Source: Candidatus Sumerlaeaceae bacterium (GTDB taxonomy: Bacteria > Sumerlaeota > Sumerlaeia > Sumerlaeales > Sumerlaeaceae). From it: DNA of 64,000 nucleotides. The notes under the pieces are model-generated. The model ran no database searches. It was not told where the DNA came from and saw only the letters and a program-made list of their open reading frames with translations. Position 1 is the first letter of the stretch. The number at the start of each line of letters is the position of its first letter. Location: contig JBMFRB010000009.1 in assembly GCA_049968255.1 (NCBI GenBank), positions 64,001 to 128,000 on the forward strand, read 5' to 3'. The translations under genes and the position numbers were made by a program. Shown here piece after piece: positions 50,054-59,799 of the stretch.

Positions 50054-53000
50054 CGCGCTTCGACCTCCCGGAGCCAGAGTATGCCTTTTCTGCGTGGGGG
50101 ACCGTCGCCTGCCGCTTGATAGATCCGCAGAGCCGAAGCCTCGATCGGCGGGAAGCTTACCACGGATTCAGGAGTCTCTTCCTGCGTCTCCGCCACGCCC
50201 ACCGTTTTCCACTCAGCGGAACCCAAAGGCCGGACCTGGATTTCCACCTTTTTCGAGCTCCAGTAGTGGCCGTCGTCGAAGGCCCAGTAGAGTCTAACCT
50301 CCTGGAGGACGGCAGGCTCGGGAAACTCGAACTGGGCCCAATGGGGAACACTGCCCTCATCACTGGCCCACGCCGCATTAGCCCAATCAATGCCAGTGGT
50401 GGAGGTGGCCCCGTCATTCAGCGGTTTCTCTGAGTAACCGAGATAGCAAGAATCCACAAGCACCTGGAGGTCGGACCTGCGGAGAATCGAAGCCTTTTGT
50501 GCCAGAATTGTCACAGGGATCTCAACCTGCGTGAATGTGCCATTCTGATGACGGAAGGCCAAATTCAGCAGGCACTTCGCGTCCTCACTGACGGGGCGCT
50601 TTCCCTCAAGCTTGACTTCTATTTTTGCGTGGCCTTCGGCATCAAGTTTGATCGGCGCTACGGGACCAACGCGCAATTCGTTACACCCGGACGATGCAAC
50701 CAGAGAGACGTCTATCGGTTTGTTCAAATTATTGATCAGTTCTATATCGAGGATCGCCTTGTCGCCAAGGACGACCTTGTTCGGAATCCCCGTGACAAGA
50801 ATAGGAGGAAGCACCGGCACCGTCGTCACATAGTAAGGCGCCAGGCTGTTGGCATCAGTATTAGCAATCCGCCAGGTGAGGAAGGTGCCTGGTTGCGCGT
50901 CGCGGGGAATGGTGATCGTGAATTGCTTGCTCGCGGTTCTTTGCAAACCATGGGCTGGGCCGAGAGCCCACTCGAACGAAAGCTCCTGGTGCCGGCTGTT
51001 CCCAACTAACTCGATGGTATAGACCGTGCCCGGAACGGCAGCTTTTGGGTAGTTCGCCGCGAAGCTCTGCTTGCTTACGAGTTCTTCGCGGGCAGCCGCA
51101 AGGCTTAGCCATGCCGAGAAAGCTCGAAGCCACTCTTCCCGGTAAAGCTCAGGCAATGTTGGTAACGTCTCTGCAAGAAGCTGGCGCAACTCTGCACTGC
51201 GCTGCGGATCTGCGCTCAACGTGGCGATTTGCTTTGCGATGTCTGCACTCAAGTGCCCATACCGCACCTGCTTGCGCGACAGAAACTCGATCTCCTCCAA
51301 TTGCTCAGCTATAGCTGTGCTCAGAGCGTCCTGATCTCGTCTCACGAATTGCAGCGCCACCGATCGGTGGGCTCCCACAGGGCAATCGACCGTGGTGACT
51401 TTCCCGCTGGCAAGCATTTGCCCGCTGAGCGCTTCAAGAACAACGTACGGACTATCGCCCGTAAGGCGCGGATCCAATCTGACCTTTACAGGAACAGTCG
51501 TTTCGGCCGTGTTGAAGAGAGTGAGATAAAAGTTTGGTGCGGCTAATAGGCCTGACAGCCACGGGCCACCTCCCCAACGTTCGACGAGGACACTTGACGC
51601 GTCGACCGAAGCCAACGTCACGGGCTCCCATCCTGCTGCCGTCGTTCGTTGCTGCACTCGCATGTACTTCAGGAAGAGAGGCCGATCCTCGTTATAGAGC
51701 GTCGGCTGCTCCCAATAGGGGTTGTTAGCCGCATCATGACTGAAAAAACCGGGCCAAAAACCGTAATGGAAACAATGCGCAAAGTATTCCTCGACTTTTT
51801 CGCCACGAAAATCGGCGAATGCCACATTGAGAAGGAAACAATAGGGCTTGTGGTAGAGCATCGTGCGGATAAAGTCGAGGTTTTCTGTTCGCGCCCAATG
51901 CCCCCAGGGAGTTTCGATCCCAAGAATGTCGAGAAAATGCACACTCCACGGCCATTGATAAAGCGCCGTGTTGGCCATCAAAAGGGCTCCGCGCTCGTGA
52001 AGCCTTCGCCCCACCTCTGCCGCAAATTCGAAGTTGTGCATCATGATGACTTGAGCGGCGGCCCCTGATTCGCCATCAAACGTGAGGGGAAAATCTGAGG
52101 CAACCAGATGCTCATGACGGAAATTCAATCGGTACGAATCCCAACCCTCGAAGCTGTCCATGTAGAGTCCGGCTGGCATTTCGGGATCGAAAGTCCCCTG
52201 CTCGAAGTCTGCGTTCGCTAATGGCAGCGAGGACGATTGAACCTTCGCAATCCAGACCTCTCCTGAGGGGGCTGCGAGGCGTAGCCCTTTCAGCTTCTGC
52301 TGCGGAAGCACAAATTGATATTCACGGAATGTGCCTGCGAGAACCTCTTCCCCCACGGTCAAGGTTCCATTTTCCGTGAGAACATCGATTTTTAGCCGGC
52401 CGTTTTGGCGTCCTTTGGCCGTAACTCGGAGAGTCTCGCCGGCAGGAGAAGCCACGACCTCCTTGAATTTTTGCGTAATGTTTTCCCCCGTCGCTAGATA
52501 AACAGCACGTCCTCGCGCGCCCACAACACCGTCGGTCAAAACGCCGCCACCCACCCACTCGGCGGGAGAGTCGTTGGCGCGGCGTCGCATGAGCTCGATG
52601 TACGGATTCCAGTTGAGATCAAACGCTGTGACTGGATTTTTGTCAGTCCGCAGCAAATCCGGATCGCAGTTGGTAGGAATCCTTGCCCCTTTTGCCCAAG
52701 GCGTGTTGACCCATTCGAGCAAAAGTTGTCCCTGAGCATCGAAGGCTGCTCCCGAACGCACCGCGGACCCTTGCGGTGTGTCGAGTGATGCAAGGTAGTC
52801 GTTTAGCTTACTCAGTTGTCTCGGGAACGAATCCTCCAACGAGATGTATTGCACGGGCGGTTCGCAGTAAACTAGGGGTTTGACCCCATTCGCATGATCC
52901 CAAGCCACCGACACATCCGGATGATACTCGTGGAAAGCGAAACCAAAATCCTCCACCCGCTCGACCTTGTCCAATTGCGTGAAGGGCATCCACTGGCCTT

Positions 53001-53808
53001 CGCGTTGGACTCGTTTGGCGTACGATGCTGAATTCAGTTGATAGTAGATTTGCGCCAAGCCACGGAAACCAAACTCGCGGGGGGCATCGAAAAGATCGAA
53101 TGCAAAGGGCACTCGACCCCGGAGCTTACGTGGTCGCTGGCTCAACGTCACGTCGCATTCGGCCACCAGTGCCCCTCTTTTTCCATCCCAGCGAATTCGG
53201 TGAATCCGTGGCTCGTTGAGAGGCAAGCCAACCCCTAAGGCCCCATGGAAAGTGTTGATCCCCCCGAACGAGTAGCGAGACATTGCTTTGTGCGCTCCCG
53301 CAGGCGTAAATATCGCCACGCATTTCTCTTCTCCGGGCGAGACTTTCTCTACTCTGTGCAAGTCAACAAGCCACAGCGGGGCGCGGTCGCTCACCGGCAC
53401 AATCATGGCGAAGGTAAGCGGAATATCCTCGGCTGACTCAGTGACAAGTTCCCCTTCAGCCCTGAGCGCTCCAGATTTCTCATGCCACGAGGCTCGAACG
53501 GTAAGCTGCGAGTCGAACTCTAGCTCTTGACGGATTACCCCGTTCTCGTTTTTGACCGAAATACGTTTTGGCGCAATCTCGGCGCGCGACTCGCCATCCT
53601 GCGTGGGCTTTTTGCCGAGCCAACGTTTAACGGCGAAGCTGACAGGAGCTTCTGAAATGGCACGTCCATTCTGCACGACAAGCACCTTGTTGCCATCATG
53701 CAGTTGCATGCTCAGTGCCGCGTAAGCAGCATCACCAGCAAATGCCAAGGTGGCAGCTAGGGCAGCCGTTCGTACCAACTCTTTGAAAAGATTCGTACGC
53801 ACTTTCAT
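50050..53808 (-). CDS. Large secreted glycoside-hydrolase-like protein with C-terminal discoidin (F5/8C/CBM32-like) domain
   Basis: Signal peptide; barrel-like motifs 'GLYMDSFEGW', 'LLMANT', 'DILGIE'; C-terminal 'AWASDE..HWAQFEF..LRIYQ..LREVE'. Confidence 0.65.
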   Translation of the reverse strand: MKVRTNLFKELVRTAALAATLAFAGDAAYAALSMQLHDGNKVLVVQNGRAISEAPVSFAVKRWLGKKPTQDGESRAEIAPKRISVKNENGVIRQELEFDSQLTVRASWHEKSGALRAEGELVTESAEDIPLTFAMIVPVSDRAPLWLVDLHRVEKVSPGEEKCVAIFTPAGAHKAMSRYSFGGINTFHGALGVGLPLNEPRIHRIRWDGKRGALVAECDVTLSQRPRKLRGRVPFAFDLFDAPREFGFRGLAQIYYQLNSASYAKRVQREGQWMPFTQLDKVERVEDFGFAFHEYHPDVSVAWDHANGVKPLVYCEPPVQYISLEDSFPRQLSKLNDYLASLDTPQGSAVRSGAAFDAQGQLLLEWVNTPWAKGARIPTNCDPDLLRTDKNPVTAFDLNWNPYIELMRRRANDSPAEWVGGGVLTDGVVGARGRAVYLATGENITQKFKEVVASPAGETLRVTAKGRQNGRLKIDVLTENGTLTVGEEVLAGTFREYQFVLPQQKLKGLRLAAPSGEVWIAKVQSSSLPLANADFEQGTFDPEMPAGLYMDSFEGWDSYRLNFRHEHLVASDFPLTFDGESGAAAQVIMMHNFEFAAEVGRRLHERGALLMANTALYQWPWSVHFLDILGIETPWGHWARTENLDFIRTMLYHKPYCFLLNVAFADFRGEKVEEYFAHCFHYGFWPGFFSHDAANNPYWEQPTLYNEDRPLFLKYMRVQQRTTAAGWEPVTLASVDASSVLVERWGGGPWLSGLLAAPNFYLTLFNTAETTVPVKVRLDPRLTGDSPYVVLEALSGQMLASGKVTTVDCPVGAHRSVALQFVRRDQDALSTAIAEQLEEIEFLSRKQVRYGHLSADIAKQIATLSADPQRSAELRQLLAETLPTLPELYREEWLRAFSAWLSLAAAREELVSKQSFAANYPKAAVPGTVYTIELVGNSRHQELSFEWALGPAHGLQRTASKQFTITIPRDAQPGTFLTWRIANTDANSLAPYYVTTVPVLPPILVTGIPNKVVLGDKAILDIELINNLNKPIDVSLVASSGCNELRVGPVAPIKLDAEGHAKIEVKLEGKRPVSEDAKCLLNLAFRHQNGTFTQVEIPVTILAQKASILRRSDLQVLVDSCYLGYSEKPLNDGATSTTGIDWANAAWASDEGSVPHWAQFEFPEPAVLQEVRLYWAFDDGHYWSSKKVEIQVRPLGSAEWKTVGVAETQEETPESVVSFPPIEASALRIYQAAGDGPPRRKGILWLREVEAR

Positions 53809-55289
53809 TTCTCAGGGTAAGCAAATGGTGCTCCGTCAGGCAGCGTGTCTGCCGTGTTCCACTTTGCGTCGGTGGTTGCGAACCACATTTTGATCTTTTT
53901 GCCCGAACTCAGGCCAATCCGCGATTTAGGGATCACATAAATGACGCTGTTGCCGCTTCCTTGTGGCCCAGGGGTAAGGGACCCTAACTGATCCCAGCCC
54001 CATCCGGTTCCCGCGTTCTTCTGATGTTTAAAAAACGTCGTTCCCTCGACCATAAAATCGGCACCCGAACGGGTTCCGTCACTATAACCGGTTGCGTCAT
54101 CACCGTCGGCATTGATAAAAATGTGGATGCCGTCGAGCTTAGGGGTTGCTGCAAACTTGAGTTTGATTGTGAGTTTATCGGCCGATTCCGCTAGCTCGGC
54201 GCCAACGAGATCGAGAGTGGGATCGGACGCATCTCCTTGCGGATCGGTAAGGGACGTGACGTTCTCCCCGGTCAGGGACTGTGCTGTGCCCTTGTTGCCA
54301 CCGGTTTCTGCAGCGGGCTTTCCCTTACTCGTCGGCGAACTTTGTTCCGCTACTTTCGAAGATGCTGGCGCGGCTGGTTTCTCCGCACTTTCTCCTTGGC
54401 TAGCTGCTGGCGCAGCTGGTCGCGCATTCGAAGAGGCTTTGTTGGTCACAATGAGAGGCGAGCCCTCAGGGGCCCAGTCCGCTGGTTGCCAGTTCGATGT
54501 TTGGCTACCTACCCACAGTCGGACTTCCCCAGCCAGCGGCTTCAACAAGTTCGCTGGGACAGAAAACCGAAGTGAGGAACCCTTCACTTCGACAGTCACC
54601 GCGCTGACCTGGTCAAACTTCCACTCGACCGAGTTATTGCCAGAAAATTTGTAAAGGAATCCCCCCTGGATGACGTAATCGGCGCCTTTGAAAGTGGCTG
54701 TCGCATAGCCCGTGTCTTCATTATCGTCGGAATCTATGAAGATGTTGAACCTTGGCGATGTCTGAACGGATGGCGAATCTGATACATCAACTCTCACTCG
54801 GAGCTTATCGCTTAGCGACGCGCAGACTCGCAGCACATCGAGATCGCCGCTTGGCGCATCGTTGGGGTTGTCATCCATGCACGCCATTACTGCGTCACTG
54901 GTTGCCCCACCCATTCCGCTCGCCTGGCCTGCCCCCGCCTGAGCCACTTGTTTCCCATCGAGAAAAGTGAGCAGCTCAGCAGGCGTGTGGATTCTTTCTG
55001 CTCGCCGAAGCTCTTTTCCCTCCGCAAAGAGCACAAAAGTCGGGGTCCACGGGACATTGGCTTGAATGGCTCTCTGCATACCTTCTGAAGAGTCTGTGTT
55101 CACGCGCTCGAATCTGAGGCGAGCAAGGTGATCGCGCACACGGTGATCCGTAAGAGCGTCTTCACGCACCTCCCTACTGAGCACACTTTTTGGGGATTCG
55201 AAATAAATGAGACTTTGACTCGCGCCACGAATCCCCATAGGGATGAGCAGCGCACTTAGGCACAGTGAACTATAACGATAAATCTTCAT
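53805..55289 (-). CDS. Secreted protein: CxxC-less thioredoxin-like domain + two DOMON-like repeats
   Basis: Signal peptide; 'VPWTPTFVLF..GKEL'; repeats 'IFIDSDDNEDTGY..GADYVIQG' and 'IFINADGDDATGY..GADFMVEG'. Confidence 0.7.
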   Translation of the reverse strand: MKIYRYSSLCLSALLIPMGIRGASQSLIYFESPKSVLSREVREDALTDHRVRDHLARLRFERVNTDSSEGMQRAIQANVPWTPTFVLFAEGKELRRAERIHTPAELLTFLDGKQVAQAGAGQASGMGGATSDAVMACMDDNPNDAPSGDLDVLRVCASLSDKLRVRVDVSDSPSVQTSPRFNIFIDSDDNEDTGYATATFKGADYVIQGGFLYKFSGNNSVEWKFDQVSAVTVEVKGSSLRFSVPANLLKPLAGEVRLWVGSQTSNWQPADWAPEGSPLIVTNKASSNARPAAPAASQGESAEKPAAPASSKVAEQSSPTSKGKPAAETGGNKGTAQSLTGENVTSLTDPQGDASDPTLDLVGAELAESADKLTIKLKFAATPKLDGIHIFINADGDDATGYSDGTRSGADFMVEGTTFFKHQKNAGTGWGWDQLGSLTPGPQGSGNSVIYVIPKSRIGLSSGKKIKMWFATTDAKWNTADTLPDGAPFAYPEK

Positions 55290-56413
55290 GACGCAACCTC
55301 TCTAAAAAGAAATCCTTCCGTGATAGGCCCAATTTGCACTCCGTGGGAAGGACGGACAACCCAGGCTCGCAAATGATGTTCTTCGATAAAGTAACGCCGG
55401 ATGCGCTCAGCGTGTTGCTGGGCCAAAAAGAAAAAGGAACCACCGCAACCGCTCCCATTGATTTTGCCCCCCAAGGCACCCTGTTGGAGCCCAGCGGCAA
55501 GGTACTCATCGATGCGCGGGTGTGACACCTTGATAAGCTTGGAAAGATTGAAATGATGCTTGTTGAGCAATTGCCCTAGCAGCGTTTGGTCCACTGGTGA
55601 GCTTTTCAAAAGCTGGCGGGCTGCGTTCGTGAGGTGAGCATTTGCGATAGAGCCCTCTAAGAGTTCGAGTGCATCGTTACTGTAACGACGTGTCAAATGA
55701 TCGAGCGGCGGATACCCCGATTGTTTCCATCCCGCGAAATCAAAGCCCAACGCTTCTAGCGCTTGCCGCCGCTGCCGTAGCAGTCCGTTCGTGTCCTTTG
55801 GAATTCCGCTGTCGACGAGCACGAACTCGCCAATGGTCGGCAGCAGACGTTCGAAGGCAAACGGCGGTGTCGTATCGAGCCAGATTACGCCCCCCAATGC
55901 GCTCGCGAAATGATCCATCATCCCCCCAGGAGCTCGGAATTCAAGCACCTCAGATTCGTAAGCCAGTCGCGCAATAGCTGTTGGCTGTGCGGCACGGGGG
56001 TCCCCCGCAGAAGCAAGCAGGAACGCACACCAGGCGACTTGCAAAGCACTCGAACTCGATGCCCCACTATTGATGGGAATTGTGCTCCGCACGGTGACGT
56101 CGTAGCCACGTGGCCAACTCACGCCCTGGCGCAAGAGGATATTGATGGCGGCAGGCAGGTAGTCCCGTTCGTGCTCATAACGATTTTCTTCGCTCAACGA
56201 GAGAACCCGATGTTCGCCGATGTCGGGGAGATGAACAACGCAACACAGCTTGTCCAAAGGCAGTGCGCGGACTGTCACTCGAAGATCAACTGCCGCCGCA
56301 ATGACGGGCAACCCTAAGTAATCCTGATGTTCGCCGAATAGGCAAATGCGGCCTGGCGCGGATGTTTCGAGGGCCTTGCCAGCAAGAAGAACGTTTGGCT
56401 CAAGCCGTTGCAT
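55286..56413 (-). CDS. Galactokinase-like GHMP kinase
   Basis: 'SAPGRICLFGEHQDY', 'PINSGASSSSA', 'GMMDH', 'GKINGSGCGG'. Confidence 0.85.
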   Translation of the reverse strand: MQRLEPNVLLAGKALETSAPGRICLFGEHQDYLGLPVIAAAVDLRVTVRALPLDKLCCVVHLPDIGEHRVLSLSEENRYEHERDYLPAAINILLRQGVSWPRGYDVTVRSTIPINSGASSSSALQVAWCAFLLASAGDPRAAQPTAIARLAYESEVLEFRAPGGMMDHFASALGGVIWLDTTPPFAFERLLPTIGEFVLVDSGIPKDTNGLLRQRRQALEALGFDFAGWKQSGYPPLDHLTRRYSNDALELLEGSIANAHLTNAARQLLKSSPVDQTLLGQLLNKHHFNLSKLIKVSHPRIDEYLAAGLQQGALGGKINGSGCGGSFFFLAQQHAERIRRYFIEEHHLRAWVVRPSHGVQIGPITEGFLFREVAS

Positions 56414-57512
56414 GGCTCCCCTCCTTGGCGAACTCTGTCAGTTCAACCACTCGATTCTCGCGGATTGAGCGCTCTGCGGCCAGCGCGACGACGAGCGAGC
56501 TTCGTCCCACGGCTCCGTTGGCAGCAGGTTCCTCGCGCGTCTCCAGGCAGCGCAAAAACTCGCGACGTTGACGCTGACAGCCGATGTGGCCCAGCCCCTC
56601 GCTATCAAGCACGGGATCAATGACCTCTTCTCGCCAGGGCTCACCGGCACCCCCACAGCCTAGCCGAGTGTCTCGATAAGCGCACATTTGGCTGCCGTCG
56701 GCAAACAGAGCCCCAATCTCGAGCCCCTCAGGCATGACGTTGTGGGGCTGAAGATACATGCACAGCAAAAGCGCCGCTCGTGCCCCATTGGCATATTCGA
56801 CAATCACCATCGCATGGTCCACGGTATCGATCTGTTCGATCACCCGTGGTGGATCCGGGCAGTAATCACACGTGACCAACGTGCCAGACTTCAGCACGTG
56901 CTGGCCTCCCCGCGCGACGACCCGCAGAGGGGGGCTCCCAATCATCCAATTAAAGATGTCAAAATGATGACAGTCCTTTTCGACGATGGTGCCCCCCGTG
57001 GCCTCTTGTGAGTAGAACCATGGCTTCTGAGGGAAAGGCTGGCGCAACTCTTTGCACCACATGAACAGTGCCGGGGCTTTCTTCAGGTGTGCGAGCTCCG
57101 TCATTCGCCGATACAAGGTGGCATAGCGATACACCAATCCGATCTGGAGAATCCGCCCTGCCTGTTTCGCGGCCGCAAGAATCGCATCGCAGTCTTCGAT
57201 CGAAGTTGCGACGGGTTTTTCCAAAAAAATGTCGCAACCTGCTTCCAAGGCCATTTCCGCCACCGGCCGATGCAGCCGGTCGGGAACGGCGATCACGCAG
57301 GCATCGGGCTTCACGCTGCGTAGCATTGTTTGGGTATCTAAAAAATGCGGTGGACCGGACTCGTACCACTCCACGCCGTATCGGCGCAGTGCGTTTGGGT
57401 CCGGATCCACGGTGGCAACCACTTCACAATTCTCAAGCTTGGCGAAGCCACGAACGTGCGCGCTGCCCATGTCTCCGCATCCGATCACGGCTATGCGATG
57501 GCGTTTGCCCAT
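56400..57512 (-). CDS. Gfo/Idh/MocA family oxidoreductase
   Basis: 'IAVIGCGDMG', 'VPDRLH', 'LEKP', 'GGTIVEKDCHHFD'. Confidence 0.9.
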   Translation of the reverse strand: MGKRHRIAVIGCGDMGSAHVRGFAKLENCEVVATVDPDPNALRRYGVEWYESGPPHFLDTQTMLRSVKPDACVIAVPDRLHRPVAEMALEAGCDIFLEKPVATSIEDCDAILAAAKQAGRILQIGLVYRYATLYRRMTELAHLKKAPALFMWCKELRQPFPQKPWFYSQEATGGTIVEKDCHHFDIFNWMIGSPPLRVVARGGQHVLKSGTLVTCDYCPDPPRVIEQIDTVDHAMVIVEYANGARAALLLCMYLQPHNVMPEGLEIGALFADGSQMCAYRDTRLGCGGAGEPWREEVIDPVLDSEGLGHIGCQRQRREFLRCLETREEPAANGAVGRSSLVVALAAERSIRENRVVELTEFAKEGSHATA

Positions 57513-57538
57513 AACAACCTCTCGGTAGATGGCTTGGT

Positions 57539-58135
57539 TTAGTCGTTCGACCTGAAGAAACGGATCCCGCCACCCGCACGCAGGACGTCGCCATTGGACA
57601 CCGTGCCATTCGTCGGGTCATATTTGCCGTTGAGCGGCTCGGCGATATCATTGTCCGATGCGCACCCAACGAGATCGAAGTCCAGATCTGGCCCCATGCA
57701 GCGAACCGTCCACCCCGATTCGCCATTTAGCAGGAACGTGTTCGTCGAGTAGAGGAAATAGCGGGGATAGGGGCCGTACCAGTCGTCATAATTTTTCGCA
57801 GCGCAAGTCCCCGTTGCAGCAGGATATTTCTTTGGCTTTCCCGCCTGGAATACATCCTGAGGAACCGACGAGATGTAGGCCACGGGCGTGGTCACCAAAT
57901 GGATCTGCTGCTCACCCAAAAGGCCGCGGACAAAGACCGTGAAAGGCGGATAATGGTTGTTGTCCACGTAATAGGACTCGAGAGCTGTCGCGATCGAACG
58001 CAGATCCGACTTCGCGCGCGAAACCTTTGATCGCGTCTGAGCCTCGAGGAAATTGGGAACCGCAATTGCGGCAAGGATCGCGATGATGGCCACCACGATC
58101 AGCAGTTCGATGAGCGTAAAGCCTGAGCGCTTCAT
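57539..58135 (-). CDS. Prepilin-type N-terminal cleavage/methylation protein (GspG/pilin-like)
   Basis: RBS GGAGGA; 'MKRSG|FTLIELLIVVAIIAILAAIAVPNFLEAQTRSKVSRAKSDLRSIATALESYYVDNNHYP'; 'TTPVAY', 'GPD', 'YDPTNGTVSNGD'. Confidence 0.9.
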   Translation of the reverse strand: MKRSGFTLIELLIVVAIIAILAAIAVPNFLEAQTRSKVSRAKSDLRSIATALESYYVDNNHYPPFTVFVRGLLGEQQIHLVTTPVAYISSVPQDVFQAGKPKKYPAATGTCAAKNYDDWYGPYPRYFLYSTNTFLLNGESGWTVRCMGPDLDFDLVGCASDNDIAEPLNGKYDPTNGTVSNGDVLRAGGGIRFFRSND

Positions 58136-58180
58136 GTGAATCCTCCGAAAAATTGGAATTAATGCCACTTGTGCTACTTC

Positions 58181-58238
58181 ATATTTTTCACACGCCAAAA
58201 AAATCGCAAAAATCTTCTTCATTCGTCAAGATGAAAAA
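58181..58238. promoter_or_regulatory. Candidate ROK (NagC/Mlc-type) operators upstream of the pilin-headed operon
   Basis: ATATTTT-TCACACGCC-AAAAAAA (TT-N9-AA, 58181-58203) and TTCTTCAT-N8-ATGAAAAA (58215-58238), which covers a minus-strand TTGACG. Confidence 0.4.
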
Positions 58239-58548
58239 ACACCCTCGGAAGCAATAATCTGTGACATATTGAAAGAATAATAGTTACGCTATTGCTCGGG
58301 GTGGTGAATTGAGCTTTCGTGTGTGGGAAATCATCGGGAACATCCTCGCATTATGGAGCAGAGCAACGGGGAGCGTGATATGATCGGTCACGTGATAGAG
58401 ATAAATAGAAATGAAATTATTGTGTTAATAAGAAATACACTCATGAGCATTCGCGAGCGCAGTGCTTGCACTCCTCGCAAACAAAAAGAACTGATTGAGC
58501 GGGCTTAGCTAGCCCATCTCTTTTGAGCCTTCTACGGGGATAGATTGA

Positions 58549-59799
58549 TCAGATGAGCTCGTGAACCTCGATGTGGCTAGCCTGAAAAATGTGATGCATC
58601 ACGCATCCCACAGCACCGAGAGACGTGAGGTTCACGTCGAGGTGACTGACCGAGATTTGGGTGTGATGGAAGATGGGGGCAAGGGTATGGCGCTCAGCTT
58701 CTTTTAGACTTTGCTCGAAAAATAAATCGTAGGAGCGGCAGATGCGGCCGGCCAAGATGACCGCTTCGGGATCGAAAAGATTCATGACGGTGGCCAAAGC
58801 GCGACCGAGAAAGTCGGCGAAAACCTGAAATATCTCACGCGCGGTTTGTTCACCGTCGCGCGCCTTGCGTGCCAACTCTTGCACGTTCTCCACTGCCAGC
58901 CCTCGTTGCCGAGCGAGTCGCATGAGTCCCGCTCCCGAAGCGGTGTTTTCGAGAGCCTCGGGATGGCCGAGAAAACCGGGAACGTCGTGCTGCCCAGCGG
59001 GGACGTAGCCAATTTCACCGGCAAAGCCGTGCGTTCCACTATAAACGCGGCCCTCGAGAAACAGCCCCAAGCCCAAGCCTTGCCCAACGTTGAGGATCGC
59101 GAAAGAAGTATGTTGGTGGCCATCGCCGAACCAATACCAACCATAGGCCATCATGCGAGCGTCGTTATCCACGATCGTCGGTGCGCCGGTTTGGCCTTCC
59201 ACCCATTCGCGCAGCTCGTCGGCCAGCTCGGGATCACCCGAAGGACGACCGTGTGAGGAAGCGACCAAGCCGGGGAGCGCCACACCTATTCCAGCGACGG
59301 GGGGAGAGCCCGAATCGGCACGCTGACCAACCAGGGCAAGGATGTGTTCTAACCACTGTCGATAGCTAGCCGGTGTTGCGAGCGAGGGCGTTGGCTCTTC
59401 GAAACGTGCCAGGATTTCCCCGCCTAAGTTCGTCAAGATGGCAATTGTGGCTGTTCGTCCGATATCAATGCCTAGGATTGAAGCCGCGCTCGCGTTCATT
59501 CTGAGCGGAATGGGCCAGCGCCCTCGCGGAATCACGCGAGGTTTCTCTTCATAAACGAGCTTTTCCGCCAGAAGATCCTCCACAAGCTCGGAGGTGTGAG
59601 GCACGTTGAAGCGGAGAATCTTCGCGATTTCGCTGCGCGATATTGGCCCTTTCTTGCGAATGACGTTGAGCACGGCGTGTTTGCGCACTCGCCGTTGTTC
59701 GGCCGAGCGCTCCGCAGGAGTCTTTGTGCTAGGGCGGATCACAAGGTCGTTGCGGACATGGAGTTGCCAAAGCTTTTCGGGTTCAACCCTTGAGGCCAC
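58549..59799 (-). CDS. ROK family transcriptional regulator (NagC/XylR-like)
   Basis: HTH 'GPISRSEIAK', 'RGRWP', 'GIDIG', 'GIGVALPG', 'VDNDAR', 'GLGLG', 'GEIG'; start uncertain (GTG 59799). Confidence 0.9.
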   Translation of the reverse strand: MASRVEPEKLWQLHVRNDLVIRPSTKTPAERSAEQRRVRKHAVLNVIRKKGPISRSEIAKILRFNVPHTSELVEDLLAEKLVYEEKPRVIPRGRWPIPLRMNASAASILGIDIGRTATIAILTNLGGEILARFEEPTPSLATPASYRQWLEHILALVGQRADSGSPPVAGIGVALPGLVASSHGRPSGDPELADELREWVEGQTGAPTIVDNDARMMAYGWYWFGDGHQHTSFAILNVGQGLGLGLFLEGRVYSGTHGFAGEIGYVPAGQHDVPGFLGHPEALENTASGAGLMRLARQRGLAVENVQELARKARDGEQTAREIFQVFADFLGRALATVMNLFDPEAVILAGRICRSYDLFFEQSLKEAERHTLAPIFHHTQISVSHLDVNLTSLGAVGCVMHHIFQASHIEVHELI

